Source: Macrostomum lignano
Lineage: Eukaryota
Direction of reading: 5' to 3'
NCBI GenBank assembly: GCA_002269645.1
Contig: NIVC01000406.1
Span: 159,494 to 223,493, forward strand
DNA length: 64,000 nucleotides
Positions 10,423 through 24,400 of the stretch are shown here, one piece after another. Position numbers and translations under genes: made by a program. How positions within the stretch are numbered: position 1 is the stretch's first letter; each line of letters begins with the position of its first letter. The notes beneath the pieces were generated by a model. That model was not told where the DNA came from. It worked only from the letters and a program-made list of their open reading frames with translations, and searched no databases.

Positions 10423-11949
10423 GCAGTTTCTGTTGCCACTCAAGCGCCTTCTCAAGCGGCTTTGCTGGCTCGCTGATGCTCGAGGATTACTGTTCATGGA
10501 TGCTTCTTTGACGAGAAAGTTTTTGATAAACTCAATTTCTGATAATAATCTCTAATATTGGATGTTTGAAAATATGATTAGGTAGGGACTTCAACTCTGC
10601 TTAAATAAGCGATGTACACTGGTGAACGGCTTAAAGCCATACTTTTTTTGTACATGTAACTCTTAAGTAACAATGAGATCGCAGCTGCTTTAATAAAAGT
10701 TTTCAGAATTTTCTTTGCAAAATATTTAGCCTGGATAAGCGTCATGCCTTTGGAAGAAATTTTGTGACCGCTTTGATGGCGTTTACATGTAATTGGAGGC
10801 GTATCTATTGCTGTTACCTCATGACGATTTAAATTGAATGAGGGGAAACTCTTTTCTTAGGAAATATTTTGAGGGCTGGTTTTTCGTGGAAAATAATGTA
10901 CAAATACAGAGATACCTGATAGGAACTTTTCATTTTTAAGCACAAGAAACAGATTTGACGCACGGCTCTCTCATTGTGTTGTGTATAGACAAAAGACTAA
11001 ACGGATTTTAGTTTCTCTGCATGTCTACACCATTTTACCTACTTCTTGTTCAAAAGAAACAAGCAGAACTTTAATTCAAACACTTTAAGAAATATCAGCG
11101 CTTGCGGAAATTCAATTCAAACAAAGTCCCTTTCTATTGAAACAGAAGAACTTCAATTTCAGACTGTCTGCGGCCAAAATTGTCCCCGAGTGACGCGCAT
11201 GCGCAAACTTGAAATTCAAAAGAAACAAAGTCGCATTCTATCGATTCTATCGAACAACAACTATCCCTGTTCCAATAATAGTACTTCTGTTGTCTCTGCC
11301 TAAACCCTACGGCCTCATCAGCGTTGTAAAAACTTTATTGGGCTTTACAGTAGAATTTCTAGTAGGCTGCAGTCTGCGTCTTAATAAATGAATTTTTTAA
11401 TATCTAGGATGGCTTGATTGATGCCTAAAACCAGATATTTGATAATGTACCCACCTGTCTGTTAGTATATGCTGGTGTAATAAACCTTTTGCATTAACAT
11501 TTCATTGCTTCTGCTCAGCTGAGAGAGGCTTGATGGGGTGATTGTATGGTAGCTGGCCCTTCTACCCACCTGTTGTGCGTAGAGCTGGCGGCTCCGCTAA
11601 TAAATACTTCTAAAACAGCTGCGTATCGTTGTTGCATTTTTGCTATGCTTTTTTCTGCTTTTAACGCTTATTTTGCCTGGGGAAGGGAAGAGTAGCCCCA
11701 ACACGTGTCCGACTATCGCGCTGGCCTGCAAATGGAGATTGGGAAAAACATCCCCCATAGGGCTGATCTCTAACAACTATTTTTTATTTCCTTTAAAGAA
11801 GCAGGGACGCTGCCAACTCTCGTCATCCTAATTAAAAACTTTTGGCTACGCCAGTGTTAGTCGGCTTGACTAGCTGTGTTCTCACGCACTGCCTGGGGCT
11901 TGTCCTATAGAGAAAATTTGCGAATGACACTACTGCACACTGGTAATAA

Positions 11950-13100
11950 CAACAGAAGATGGCGTCGAAGGTTGCGCACTTGGGCCAGGCCCGAACGAAG
12001 GCCACGACGCCGACCGAATGCGTGGTGTCAGAGTTAGCAAGCAGGCAGTCGACGAAACGCCGAGTGCGCGCCTGTCTGCCGGTAGCTAGGGTGCCTGTAG
12101 CGTCAGCAGCAGCAATTCCTGCGGTGGCTTGGAGATGATGTCCATGTCGTTCCCCTGGACCCGGAAGGGCAGAACCTTGAATCCGGAAATTACTGACGGT
12201 CTCTCAACGGCAACCGTGGCAAACGACGCAATCTAGAGAAGGCAGACGGCACGCCTTCTCAAGGTTGAAGGCACGCACCACGGACACCGACCTACTGTCG
12301 TCTGTCTACAATAAACTAAGCTCGGGCACGACGAAGAATACCTGCCTCCGAGCGATAATGGAGTGGCCGCACGGACGGACGGGATAGCGTTCCCGGTGCG
12401 ACCAACCGACACCACCATAACCGAGCGGGCCTAGACCCACCCCCGACCGACCTATCATCAGAACCCACCTGCAGAAAAGGACACCCTGAGGAGTGCCAGC
12501 AATGGTGCGAAGGCTGCAGAAGGCGGCGCACTGCATGCACAGAACACGAAAAAGCCAGGCCAGAACCAGAGGCGCTGAACCGCAACCCGAAGAGTCAGCC
12601 TGGAGGACCCGGATGAAGACTGCGTGTAAACGACGCCTGCTCCAAAGATACTAATAAGACAAAAACATCAACCGACAGAGGAGGGGTGATCACATTGGTG
12701 CGCACAGACGTTCGGCACTCTGAAGGACCACCTCTGGCTCGAACAGATGACAAGCAATTGACGTGGCGGCAAGGGCAAGGTGCATCACCATAATCAACAT
12801 TTGCCACCAGCACGCAGCAGGCCAGCAGGGGGATGAGCCACGAGGCAATATCGACCTGAAACGGCACGACCGAACAGGTGAGGAGCCACGCCCGGCCAAG
12901 ACCAATAAGAAAAGGCGGGCACCTGTCGCTCGTGTCCCACAACGTAGGACCGACGAGACCCATTCGTCATCGAGCCAAGGAAGCCCAGACGAAGTGTAAC
13001 TACCCAGCCCCTCTTCTCACTAGGAAGCTCGGAAAGCTTAAAAACATGGAAGGCTGCCGTGCCAGATGGCGTCATGCATGCTATGCATCAGGGACTTCTG
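11950..13100 (+). mobile_element. Degenerate 5' fragment of a non-LTR retrotransposon (AP endonuclease remnant)
   Basis: RPTVVCLQ*TKL (CLQETK with GAA>TAA, ~12289-12320), DRGGVITLVR (~12675) and RCITIINI (~12780) are APE motifs in the expected order, broken by stops and frameshifts. Confidence 0.6.
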
Positions 13101-13377
13101 GAGCTAGCACCGGATGCTACTTTTAGGGGTCTCTGCTATGTATCTGGATAATTGAGTGCAACAAGACTCGCTAATTATTTTTCAAGCCAACTTTCTTCTT
13201 TAAAAAGTTGTCCATTGAATGCAATTGTTGTGCCCTTATCCTAATTGTGCTGCTATTCGTATTGGATCGCAGCAGATTAAATAGGGACCTTTGTTGTTTG
13301 TAAAAGTCCTGGTTTCCTTAACTTTTGACACGTCAGGATGAGGAATACTGGTAGATGAAATCTGCATGTTTATATCT

Positions 13378-13560
13378 AGCAAAGCTCAGGGGTAAACGCG
13401 TTCTGACTGTCGCGCCACGACCCCTCGGTTCGACTCCGTGCGCGGCCCATTCATTTGGGGCTTGCGTGCACTCAAAATTGCAAGCCACCGAGAGTGTTGC
13501 GCCTGATGATGCTTCTAACTCTTAACATTTGAGCCCAAGGTGCGCGCTATGAAGCAAAAT
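13378..13560 (+). mobile_element. tRNA-derived SINE-like element
   Basis: A-box-like AGCTCAGGGG (~13383) and B-box GGTTCGACTCC (13427-13437). The stems do not pair into a cloverleaf and a non-tRNA body follows. Confidence 0.55.
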
Positions 13561-13589
13561 TCAAGCTCTCCAAGTGCTTTAGACAAAAT

Positions 13590-14023
13590 CCTGTTTTCAA
13601 TCCCGGGATCAGAAAAATACAGATTTTCAAGCTTCTGGGTTGAAATTTTAAGGCAAAATATGCGTTAAACGCTTTTCTGCTTCCATTTTTTTTGTTATAG
13701 AGAAAATGATCTATTTGTAGATAAAAAACAGCATTATCTTGTGACGCATGGAAGTACGTAGTATAAAAGTACTATTTAGTAGTAAAGAAGCAAATCACAT
13801 ATCAAAATTTACATTGGAATAAATTTCACATTTAAATCTGTGATGCGGGGTTTAAAAAGGTTTCACACGACGTGAGGCAATTAACGGAAATGCCTCACGT
13901 CGCAGTATAATAAACTATAGTTGTGGGCCTAATTGCGTATATATGACAGCACTTTTTGTAAAATTAATAACAAAAATTAGTGCCGGGATTCGGGACCCTG
14001 GGATCCCGGGATTGCAATCCCTA
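13590..14023. mobile_element. Non-autonomous DNA-transposon remnant, probably hAT-like
   Basis: Right end CCCGGGATTGCAATCCCTA (to 14023) with subterminal CGGGAT motifs. The left end TTTCAATCCCGGGAT (~13593) is degenerate. No TSD identified. Confidence 0.45.
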
Positions 14024-14690
14024 CTTAAGACGATTTGAAGATTTTGGGAGTGCAGGTAAAGTCTTTTATCTTGCGAGTGATGCAACTCAGACTTGAGTTG
14101 AGCAATGAAGTTAAGGGAGCGGTGTGCGAGGGTTGGACGGATTAAAGCTACCCCGATTAGTTTTCTCGCATATCTTTTATTTTAAAATGGTCCAAAAGAA
14201 ATTGCTAATTGACGCATATAGAGTGGCGACTTTTTAACGTTTCAACGTTTTCAATGCCTCCAGTGTCTCGTAAGTTCGAGTTCAAAGCCAGCGAAGATTG
14301 ATTTCGCTATACTAGCTCGTCCATGTTGGCAGTTTCACATTATTTCACTTTTACTGTAAACTGAGTCTCGAGATTATTAAGTCTAGGCGTGTGGAGCACG
14401 CTACCCTTCCTAGCCTCGTATAGGTGACTGCACTCTCACTTCGTTCTCATAAGACAGGCTAGGCTTGATGCCCACTCTTGAGCCAAAAGGACTCCTTCTC
14501 AACTTGTTTTATTGAGTCGTCGCGATAAAAATGCCAAAATTTTCAATAGATATGCAAGACTAATTAAGTGATGTACATTTGGTGTTGATGTACGTCAATA
14601 ATATAAACACGCACGGTAGACAAGGGAGCAAAAAATCGATCGCATACCAGCCTGCATTCCATATACTTAGAATCATGTTCAGCCTTTCTG

Positions 14691-14721
14691 ATTGGTTGAA
14701 AAGTTGCTCACTGTATAAATA
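14691..14721 (+). promoter_or_regulatory. Inverted CCAAT box plus TATA box upstream of the USP gene
   Basis: GATTGG at 14691-14696 and TATAAATA at 14714-14721, ~130 bp before ATG 14851. Confidence 0.55.
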
Positions 14722-14850
14722 AAATCCATGATTTGGTTATAAAACTGTTCTTCAACTTTTTTATTTAAAGCGAGTTGTAAAACCTGACTACTACTAGGTT
14801 GACAGTCTGTCAAATTGGTGTGTTAAACTTGGTAACTTCAGTATAGAAGC

Positions 14851-16917
14851 ATGGCATCTCCACCTGCAGCTATTGCTGGCGCCAGTCCGGAATCAAAAGC
14901 GCAATTACAGCACAGCAAGGCGTCGCCAACAGCGGACGAACAAGCAGTGCAAAATCGAAGCATTCTAATTGCTATCGATCGAAGCAGGCACAGCGAGCGC
15001 GCGCTTCGTTGGTACGCCAGCAAGATTCATTCGAACGAAGATCGAGTGGTCTTTGTTAACGTGACCGAGCCACCTGATCTGGCTCTGGGATTCGGCATGG
15101 CTGGTGAGTGGAGTTCAAGTCGGCTCTGTGTAAAATGGAAACTATAATTACCTTAGAAATCCCGAATAGAACCCTCGCATTCCATAGATCTAGAAAAAAA
15201 CGAATAATGCCCCACTCTATCGTAGATCTAGAGACACCGAATAGAACCGAACTCTACCCTTGATCTAGAAACACCAAATAGAACCCAACTCTACCCTAGA
15301 CCTAGAAACACCGAATAGAACTCAACTCTACCCTAGATCTAGAAACACCGAATAGAACTCAACTCTACCCTGGATCTAGAAACACCGAATAGAACCCAAC
15401 TCTACCCTGGATCTAGAAACACCGAATAGAACCCAACTCTACCCTTGATCTAGAAACACCAAATAGAACTTAACTCTACCCTGGATCTAGAAACACCGAA
15501 TAGAACTCAACTCTACCCTGGATCTAGAAACACCGAATAGAACCCAACTCTACCCTAGATCTAGAAACACCGAATAGAACTCAACTCTACCCTGGATCTA
15601 GAAACACCGAATAGAACTCAACTCTACCCTGGATCTAGAAACACCAAATAGAACCCAACTCACCCTAGATCTATTGTAGTTCTAGAAACCATAATAAATG
15701 CATGTACAACCGCCCTAGGGACCCCGAATAGAATCCCACTACCACAGATATAGAAACAACGAATAGAACCCGGTTCCGCCAGCAGGCGCCGCAGTGGCCG
15801 AAATCTACACCAAAGCCGTGGAAGAAACTGTCGAAGCCGCCAAACGTTTGGCCGTCAACGTGAAGACCATCTGTCGCTCGTTTGGTATCGAAAAAATTCG
15901 ATTTCTCGAACGAATCTCGCACTCACCAGGTCAGGCTATTATTGAAGCTGCAGAAGAAGAACAGGTGAGCCGTGTAAACTTGGCACCGGGGGTGCCAGCA
16001 TCGGGGCTTTAGCACCAGGGGCTTTAGCACCAGGGGCTTTAGCACCAGGGGCTTTAGCACCAGGGGCTTTAGCACCAGGGGCTTTAGCACCAGGGGCTTT
16101 AGCACCAGGGGCTTTAGCACCAGGGGCGCGCCAGAACCAGGGGCGCCAGAACCAGGGGCGCGCCAGCACCAGGGGCGCCAGCACCAGGGGCGCCAGCACC
16201 AGGGGCGCCAGCACCAGGGGCGCCAGCACCAGGGGCGCCAGCACCAGGGGCGCCAGCACCAGGGGCGCCAGCAACAGGGGCGCCAGCACCAGGGGCGCCA
16301 GCACCAGGGGCGCCAGCACCAGGGGCGCCAGCACCAGGGGCGCCAGCACCAGGGGCGCCAGCACCAGGGGCGCCAGCACCAGGGGCGCCAGCACCAGGGG
16401 CGCCAGCACCAGGGGCGCCAGCACCAGGGGCGCCAGCACCAGGGGCGCCAGCACCAGGGGCGCCAGCACCAGGGGCGCCAGCACCAGGGGCGCCAGCACC
16501 AGGGCCGCCAGCACCAGGGGCGCCAGCACCAGGGGCGCCAGCACCTTAAGCTTAATAATTCGCATGCTTCATTATTCTTGAATTGCCTTTATTACCTTCA
16601 TGTCTCGCATGTAAATGTAATTGCCGTCTCACCACTGCTCTACACGTATGCTGTACCAGATCCATATTTCGCGTCCCCTTCCCTCGCAGGCCGACCTCAT
16701 CATTCTCGGCAGTCGAGGCGTCGGCGTGCTTCGCCGAACTTTTCTCGGATCAGTCAGTGACTACGTGCTGCATCATTCGCGCCGCTCGGCTGTTCTGGTG
16801 GTTCCGGCCGAACAGCATCATCACTCCGAAGCAGGCGGTCAGCACTACAGTGTCCAGGGAAAGCCAGCAGTTGAAGATCAAGACGTTGGAGACCAAGCTG
16901 CTAAACAGGAGGGTTAA
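14851..16917 (+). CDS. Universal stress protein (UspA-like) domain protein, ~220 aa, 3 exons
   Basis: Exons 14851-15103, 15783 (or 15786)-15964 and 16690-16917; phases are consistent. Motifs ILIAIDRS..SERAL.W, PGQAII..AEE..ADLIILGSRG.G.LRR.FLGSVSDYVLHH...AVLVVP (ATP-binding G-x2-G-x9-GS signature). Confidence 0.93.
15215..15700. repeat. 37-bp minisatellite in USP intron 1
   Basis: Unit GATCTAGAAACACCGAATAGAACTCAACTCTACCCTG; period seen at 15373/15410. Confidence 0.95.
16003..16546. repeat. 15-bp minisatellite in USP intron 2 with two variant blocks
   Basis: GCACCAGGGGCTTTA copies followed by GCACCAGGGGCGCCA copies. Confidence 0.95.
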
Positions 16918-17953
16918 AAAGAGTTTTATTAATGTACGAGTTGTAAGAAGAGAACTAACAAAAAATTTATTGGTTTAAGTAATTGGAGTTGTAATACTTT
17001 TAATAGGTAAACAATATTTTGTATGTGAAACTACGCAAACAGAAAAAATATAATCCTTCCGAAAGTAATTTTCTTGAAATTGTTATTTTGAAATGTTCTT
17101 TAAATTCTGACTTTAAATTCGACTTTGACTTTGCATGTACTCGTACGTCGTACATGTAAATTAATTTACACATGGATTTGTACACGACTCTAGAAGCAGC
17201 GCAATAGACTGCCGGATAAAGGGAATTTAATGTGATCACACAACTTGTACATCTTATAAATGATTTGCTTGTTCATTGGTCGTTTTGAGTTGGTGGCTCA
17301 ATTGATGGCAGCGTAAATGAGCCTTTAACCAATAAATTAAAATAGCTATGAATTATTTGCTGACTAGTACAGTGTGTACTTTGATCCTAAACGTAAAACT
17401 TGCCTGTACATGTACGAGTGAACAAACTGCATGCCAGGGCATTGTATCTTTGTATGCGCAGTAAATTTGATTGTACAATAACTGTGACACTCTTCGTTCT
17501 CGTGCAATTACAGTGTATAGTGGTGGGATAACTAAACCAGCAATTATTATTTTGCATAACTGTACGCTTGACAACGTTACCCATGCATGTCGCATGTAGT
17601 GGCCTGTTTTGCAGTTGCAGTTGCAGGTTTGTTTCCAGGAATGATATCTATCTTTTAGATAACTAGACTATTGTCTTCGTACATGCACTTGTTTAAAAGA
17701 CAACTAAAACACCGGAGCGTTTTAGTTCCCTGACTTGTTTCTTAATATACTTTGTATTTTACGCAACATGTATTCATCGAGTGATACAATCGTTCCCGTC
17801 ATATCATAACTCTATCGTGCACTTTATTGAAGTAAATTTCGAATGGTGTCGATTTATTTTATAATATTTTATTGCAATACAAAGAAAACCTGCTAAAATC
17901 AAATAAATAAATGAATTGTAATTGTTGCAAAACTGCACAAGCATAATATTCTA

Positions 17954-18372
17954 TAGTATTTGTCATGCTATCTCAGCCTAGAGACATCCAAACTCAGCCA
18001 GTCCCATTCCGCAATGCGTTTTTTTGGCTCGAGCTAGTCGACTTTTACCATAGACATGCTTCTTAAGGCCATGCTAACTCAGCCTGGGACATGCAATCTC
18101 AGCCAATATAGATTTCAATTGCAAACAGATCTCAATGCTATCATTTCTATAACGTGACATGAAATGGAAACAAACAGCAATGAATGAACGCAGCAAGAAA
18201 AGTCAGTAAGGGTACGCAACAACGCTGAGATTGCATGTCCCAGGCTGAGATAGCATGGCCTTAAGAAGCATGTCTGTGGTAAAACTTGACTGGCTTACGT
18301 AAAAAATCGCACTGTCGAGATGGGCTGGCTGAGTTTGGATGTCTCTAGGCTGAGATAGCATGACAAATACTA
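17954..18372. mobile_element. MITE with ~150-bp TIRs and TA target duplication (Tc1/mariner-like signature)
   Basis: TA|TAGTATTTGTCATGCTATCTCAGCCTAGAGACATCCAAACTCAGCC ... GGCTGAGTTTGGATGTCTCTAGGCTGAGATAGCATGACAAATACTA|TA. The arms stay complementary through GCAATCTCAGC / GCTGAGATTGC. Confidence 0.85.
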
Positions 18373-19489
18373 TACTTGAAGGATAGATATTTCTCAAGGC
18401 GTGCATTTTTTGCAGCACATTAAAAAACTAAATAAACTTGCATTGAAAACTGAATACTCATATTTATTTTCGAAACTGCAGCTAAAAAAAATTATTATTA
18501 CAAAACTATAAAATTTTGTTATAACTGTTTGCACGTAATGTTTAAGTTTGCGAAATAAATTAATTATATCACAAATATAGCAATGTACCAATGTGTTAGG
18601 TGTATGTTCGTCCTGACAGCGTACATTCAGTCAGCTGTTTATACTGATTTCTTTTATTGGATGTACATCTAATCTAGAAATGAAACAACCCATATAGACA
18701 AAAGACTAATATTTATAAAACAAAAGTTTCTGTAGTTTTATGTTATGTAGTATATCAAATAGCTAGGCCCCTATGTATTTTTGTATTTTTATTGTTTTTT
18801 GACATTCTAGCTCCACGGCGCATTATACTTATAGACTCATATACTTTTGTTGCAGTAAAACTGAAAGGTCTTCACTATTTACACAACTATACTTAGTATA
18901 ATACTCAAAATTGAACCTATACGACTCAATATGATGGTAGGCCCTAGTAGGCCTAGGCCTACCTACCAGTTTTTGTAATGTCTGTATTTGTTAGGCGTAG
19001 GCCCTCGCCCCTGGCCCTATCTAGTGACGATGTTTTAGAATTTTGAGCATTTTCATTGTGCTTTAGGGCCTAAGTTAGGCCAAAACTTAAGTTCTTAAGA
19101 TTAAATTTCACTTGAAACAACCTTCTCCTTGGCTTGGGCTAAGGCAGGGCTAATTTTAGTATATTTCATTTTTTATACAAATTTATTTGCCTTAATAATT
19201 TGCTAGCTAACTATATAGTAAGCCTAGGCACTTTGTCTTTAGTAAGAAGATTAAAGTTAAAAAAATGTTTCAGTTAATATTTTCATTTATTGGCTAATTG
19301 GCCTAACATTGGCTATTATTGTAAGTCAACTTTGATCCTAGGCCTAAAGTGCCTAAAATTTTTAATTTTAGCTATGGTCTAATAAATTATAAATTGCTTA
19401 TTTGTAATTTATTACCTATTGATAACTTTATATATTTCTTTCATTTCATTATATTATAAAACAAAAACTTATATATTATACAAAGATAG

Positions 19490-20500
19490 AAAATGGTTGA
19501 CAATCATTTCGTCTGCTACCAATTTGTCTGCCACTCTTGTCTGCAAAAATATGATGCAGTCATTTTGTCTGCTAATGAAATATTAAATACAATGTCAGTA
19601 TTTATCTTCATATGTAGGTCCTATATAATATTAGAAGGAAATGTCTAGATTATATATCTTAACTCATCTTAACTAAAGATGACAAACTCATTTTTAAAAA
19701 TGTAAGCTTATCTGAAAATATTATTAAACCAATCATACATGCCCAACACCCGTCCAACCTGTCTAAACCAGATAGGTAAAATGGCCACTGGCCAAGGTAA
19801 GTCACAAAATTGAAAATGCAAAAAATGAAAAATTGGAGGAAAAAAAGAATAAAAAAAGGAAAAAAGAAAGGAGAAGAGAAAGAGAGGAGAAAGAGGAGAG
19901 AGAAAGAAAAAAAGGAAAAAAAAGAAAGAGGTAAGAAAAGTCATATACAAAGTGAAAATTAAATTGCAATCAAGAGGAACTAAGTTGCAAATCTGGACAA
20001 AACTAAGTCGCATTAGATAGGTGAAGTTTTGAGGTTGGGCATGTATGAACCCAATAGACCTTACCAAATGTCGACTAAACTTGTATATTAACTTTTTGTT
20101 TATTATGAATAAACTTTGCAACAGGAAAGCAAATACATTATTATCATTGGATGGAGGTGGGGATAGGGTCAGAGATCATGACAATGCTTATAACAGCTAG
20201 CCAATCACAATCATATTCAATTGCAAACTACTGCTGCCTTCTAATTCACTAACAATTACTATGTCACAAAACTCTTCAATGTACATGTATGTTTAAATTG
20301 AACATAATATTTCTTTGAAATATTGTGATAAACAAAATTACATACTCAAAAAAAGACATCATGCAATAACTCTTTGCATAACTCAAAATACTTATTAAAA
20401 ATAGCTTTATAAGTAATGTAGCTATACTTTACCTTTTCTTTTTGAAAAGTTGTTTCGTCTGCCAACAGACAAAGGCAGCAGACAAAATGACCACACACAT
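19490..20500. mobile_element. Possible old DNA-transposon relic with subterminal GTCTGC motifs
   Basis: Clustered (TT)GTCTGC motifs at 19505-19575 and the complementary AGCAGACAAAATGA at ~20478. No clear termini. Confidence 0.3.
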
Positions 20501-21433
20501 AGAAAACTTATCAAAGATATATAGTTTTGCAGTTGAGCTAAAATGTGATTGTGCAACAAAACTTTAAAAAGAATATTGTGAAATTATATCAAAAAGTGCA
20601 AGTATGCAATAATAAAGGTAATATTCCTATGTAAAACAAAAATAAATACAATAAAACGAAGTTGGAAAGAATTCAAATTTAGCTTTCTAAGAAAACCATC
20701 TAAAATTTGTGATCCGTTAACTTTTAAAATCATTTTGTCACAATTAACTCATATGCTATCTATTCAATTAAGTAGAATACCAAATATATTTCCCTTAATT
20801 AAGTGACTTTACATTTACCTAGAATAAACATATTTAAATTTGATTTATTTAGATATCCAATCAAGTGAAGCATTTAGACAGGTATTAGAAATGGATCTTG
20901 GATTTTTAATGTGAGAAGGAGCTGACCAAGTAAAGGAAAAAAAGGCATATTATAACTGGGTAATGCAAGGTTGCTTCATATGAGATTAGAGTTATAAATA
21001 ATCTAGTACATTTTATTTTGTTTTAACTGAAAATGATATATATTGAATATATTTCTATATTGCAATTATTAGACACTATAACTTTTATATAAATATTTAA
21101 GTAATATTAAAATAATGTCCCAGCTATAGATATTAATTTTTATATCTTGTTTAAAATAGCTTTCTAATTAAGTTAGGCTTATAGTAATTTAATAGTAGGC
21201 CTAGCCTCCTAAAAGCAATGTTCTTTCTATTGTCTTAAATTCTTGTATTTGGCATGTTTAACATAATTATGTGGTTTTTTATCATATATATGATATATAT
21301 ATATATGATATATATATATATCATATAGCATATATGCAAAATAATTTCTAACAATATAGTCACTAATGAAAACAAATAAAGTTTTAGATGAATTTTAATT
21401 CATGAATTGCTAACTGGAATTAATACCTGCATA

Positions 21434-24400
21434 ATGCTGAGTGGCACTGGTGTCAAGCCAACCTGTGCCCCTTTGCACACCTGGAGTCCTGAACTGCAAT
21501 CAGCCTATAGAATTCTGCAAGACTTTCTTGGCTCCTCGCTGCGTCACCTTGCCTATGTGTTCATCAATCCTGTGGATAGCAGCGAGCCAGGTGCAGAGGA
21601 ATACTATGACAGGATCAAAGAGCCCATGTGTCTGCTGAAGAGTGAGTTGCTCTGTTACAAATTTAGTGTCCAGGTCTTCAAAAATTGACAAAATTTGGAC
21701 TGTCTGACAGTTTGACAGTCAGTGACATTTTGACTGTCAGTGACAATTTGACTGTCAGTGACAATTTGACTGTCAGTGACAATTTGACTGTCAGTGACAA
21801 TTTGACTGTCAGTGACAATTTGACTGTCAGTGACAATTTAACTGTCAGTGACAATTTGACTGTCAGTGATAATTTGACTGAATATGTTATGACTGAATGG
21901 CAAACTTTATAACTGTGTGTCAGTCAAATCAAAAGCATCATACTATTTATTTTCCAGTGAAAGAAAAATTTGGCCAATCAGTGTACTCTCAAGTTGGCGA
22001 TTTTGTGTGCGATTTTCGTTTAATGCTGTTCAACTGCTACGTGTTTAACGGGGTGGACAGTCCGCTGGGAAAGTTGGCTACCAAGATGGAGACACTGTTT
22101 GAGCAGAAAATTGGCCTACTGGCTAGGTAAGCAATGTTTACAGTGTTAATGCTGAGGTTTGTAGAGGTTTGCCTACCTCAAAGGGCCAGATCGAGAACCT
22201 AGAGCATGACTGAGAGCCTGAGGAGGGGAGAGAAGAATAAAGGAGAGATAAAATAAGAGAGAAGAGATGAAGTAGTAGATAGGAAGAGAGGAGAGAAGAG
22301 CGTTGAGAAGAGACATAAACATTGAACGGGCCGGATTGCTGTTGTGAAGTTTCTAAGGGACCCAAGGGCCGGATAGAGAGGCTTTGTGGGTCAGAATCTG
22401 CCGACCCCTGCTTTAAGAATAGAGAACTGTCATTCACTGAATGGTTTTTATCAATCTGACGGACTGAGGATCGGGAGCAGGAAAAAAGGGTGGCTAGTAG
22501 CTCTAGTGCCGCCGTAACTACCTATACGGATACGGAGGTGTTTAGACAGAACATCAGGATATGGTTGCAGAAACACATTTCCTATATCTACGAGTATGTC
22601 CCGTATCTAGTATTATTGGCCACTCAATAACTGAGACCAACTTAAAAGATCATTGGACCCATTGAGCCTCTAGTAATTATCCATACACAAAAATTGCCCA
22701 TGCAGAGATCTACGCGAACGGTGCAGCATTGGCGCCACAATGGGCGCTGCATCGCTTGGCACCGTGATTGACTCTCGTTCCTATCTGCACGAAGGCGGTG
22801 CCAACAATAATCCAGCTTTATTAGTCGAAGATCCGGCCGCTGAATGGCGCGTCGCTCGTCGGGCCGCCGCCGCGATGCGCGTCGTTTCGGGTATCGGCGC
22901 CGGCGCCAGCGGTGGTGGCGCCAATAGCGCCGGCGGCAGCGCCGGCGGTCTGGGTTCATTTGCCGCCTGTCGGGAGAGCCTGCCGGTGCAGGCCATGGCT
23001 CGCGAAACCGAGGACGCGGCCGGCTCTCGCGAAGAGTCCGACGCTCGGATTGCCGCTATTGTTGAACGACTGCGTCGATGGGAAGTCAGGCGACACGAGG
23101 AGCGACTGTTGGGCGAATTTGAACCGTGGAGAAATTCGCTGGCTACTACTGAGACTGAGTACTGCCTGAGGCATTGCGCTGAGCTGGCCGAGGTGGCTCA
23201 CTTTCTGCTCATGATGGGGCCGGAGATGCTGGGATTGCAGGCGTCTGGTTTGGCCGAGGTAATGATAGCTTAACTGTTGATTTTGGAAATGCATTGAAAC
23301 ACTCCTTAATATCATAGCCTGGTTCATCGTTTTTAAATATCAAACACTTTAGCATCGCCCAATAAACACCCTATAAGGGTCTCAAAAAGTCTCAATAAAC
23401 TGAACTATGAATTCAACAGGCCCTAACAGTACGCGAGATCCACCTGGCACTGCTGTCGCCTCAGAGTAGCGCCCTACTTACTGGTATCATGTGCGGCCTA
23501 TTCGCTAAACTAAAATGTGGCCTAGCCAGGGCTACTAAAGACGCGGCCGCCGCAGCAGCCGCTGCAGCCAACGCCGCCCTGGGTTGCGGCGGCTCCTCCC
23601 ATTCGTTTTACAATCGGGCTCCATTGCCCGCTATTGTCTATCATCATTGGCACGATCGATTGAAACAGCGTGTCGCCGCATTCTATAGACATTTGGCCAG
23701 CCTGGCTGGAGCTAACGATAATAATCAGGAATTGAATCAACAGCAGTCTGCAGCAGTTGCTACTAGCTTCTTGTGCTCTCAATTTGCCGACGTTGTTGGT
23801 CATAGAAATCCGTTGGAGATTAGAATGTTTCACGAGCTGAGCCTGTTTCAGGTTTGTAACTTCTTATGTTACACATTTGATCGTGAGGCCGAGTAGGGTG
23901 GCTATCTTTTTATTGATAGTGCTGGGCGGAGTGGGGTGGCTGTTTTATTTTATTGATAGTGCTGGGCGGAGTGGGGTGGCTGTTTTATTTTATTGATAGT
24001 GCTGGGCGGAGTGGGGTGGCTGTTTTATTTTATTGATAGTGCTGGGCGGAGTGGGGTGGCTTTTTTATTTTATCGATAGTGCTGGGCGGAGTGGGGTGGC
24101 TGTTTTATTTTATTGATAGTGCTGGGCGGAGTGGGGTGGCTGTTTTATTTTATAGATAGTGCTTGGCGGAGTGGGGTGGCTGTTTTATTTTATTGATAGT
24201 GCTTGGCGGAGTGGGGTGGCTGTTTTATTTTATTGATAGTGCTGGGCGGAGTGGGGTGGCTGTTTTTATTTTATAGATAGTGCTTGGCGGAGTGGGGCTG
24301 TTTTACTTTATAAGATAGTGCTTGACTGAGTGGGGTGTAAAACACTTTTATTTTACCAGTGTTGCTCTTATTTGGGGACTGTCTAATTAATCAAAGATTG

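Noticed and set aside
11841-11857. TTTTGGCTACGCCAGTG, resembling a Harbinger-type MITE end
   Set aside because: No matching opposite terminus was found.
12020-12150. Possible PHD-finger remnant (CVV...VRAC...WR*CPC) before the APE fragment
   Set aside because: Cys/His spacing cannot be reconstructed without several assumed frameshifts.
13378-13450. Functional tRNA gene
   Set aside because: A and B boxes are present, but the acceptor and anticodon stems do not pair. Treated as a SINE head.
18600-21400. Genes or structured RNAs in the AT-rich 17-21.4 kb and 30-31 kb stretches
   Set aside because: Only short low-complexity ORFs, scattered AGGCCT motifs and a (TA)n patch. Nothing supportable.
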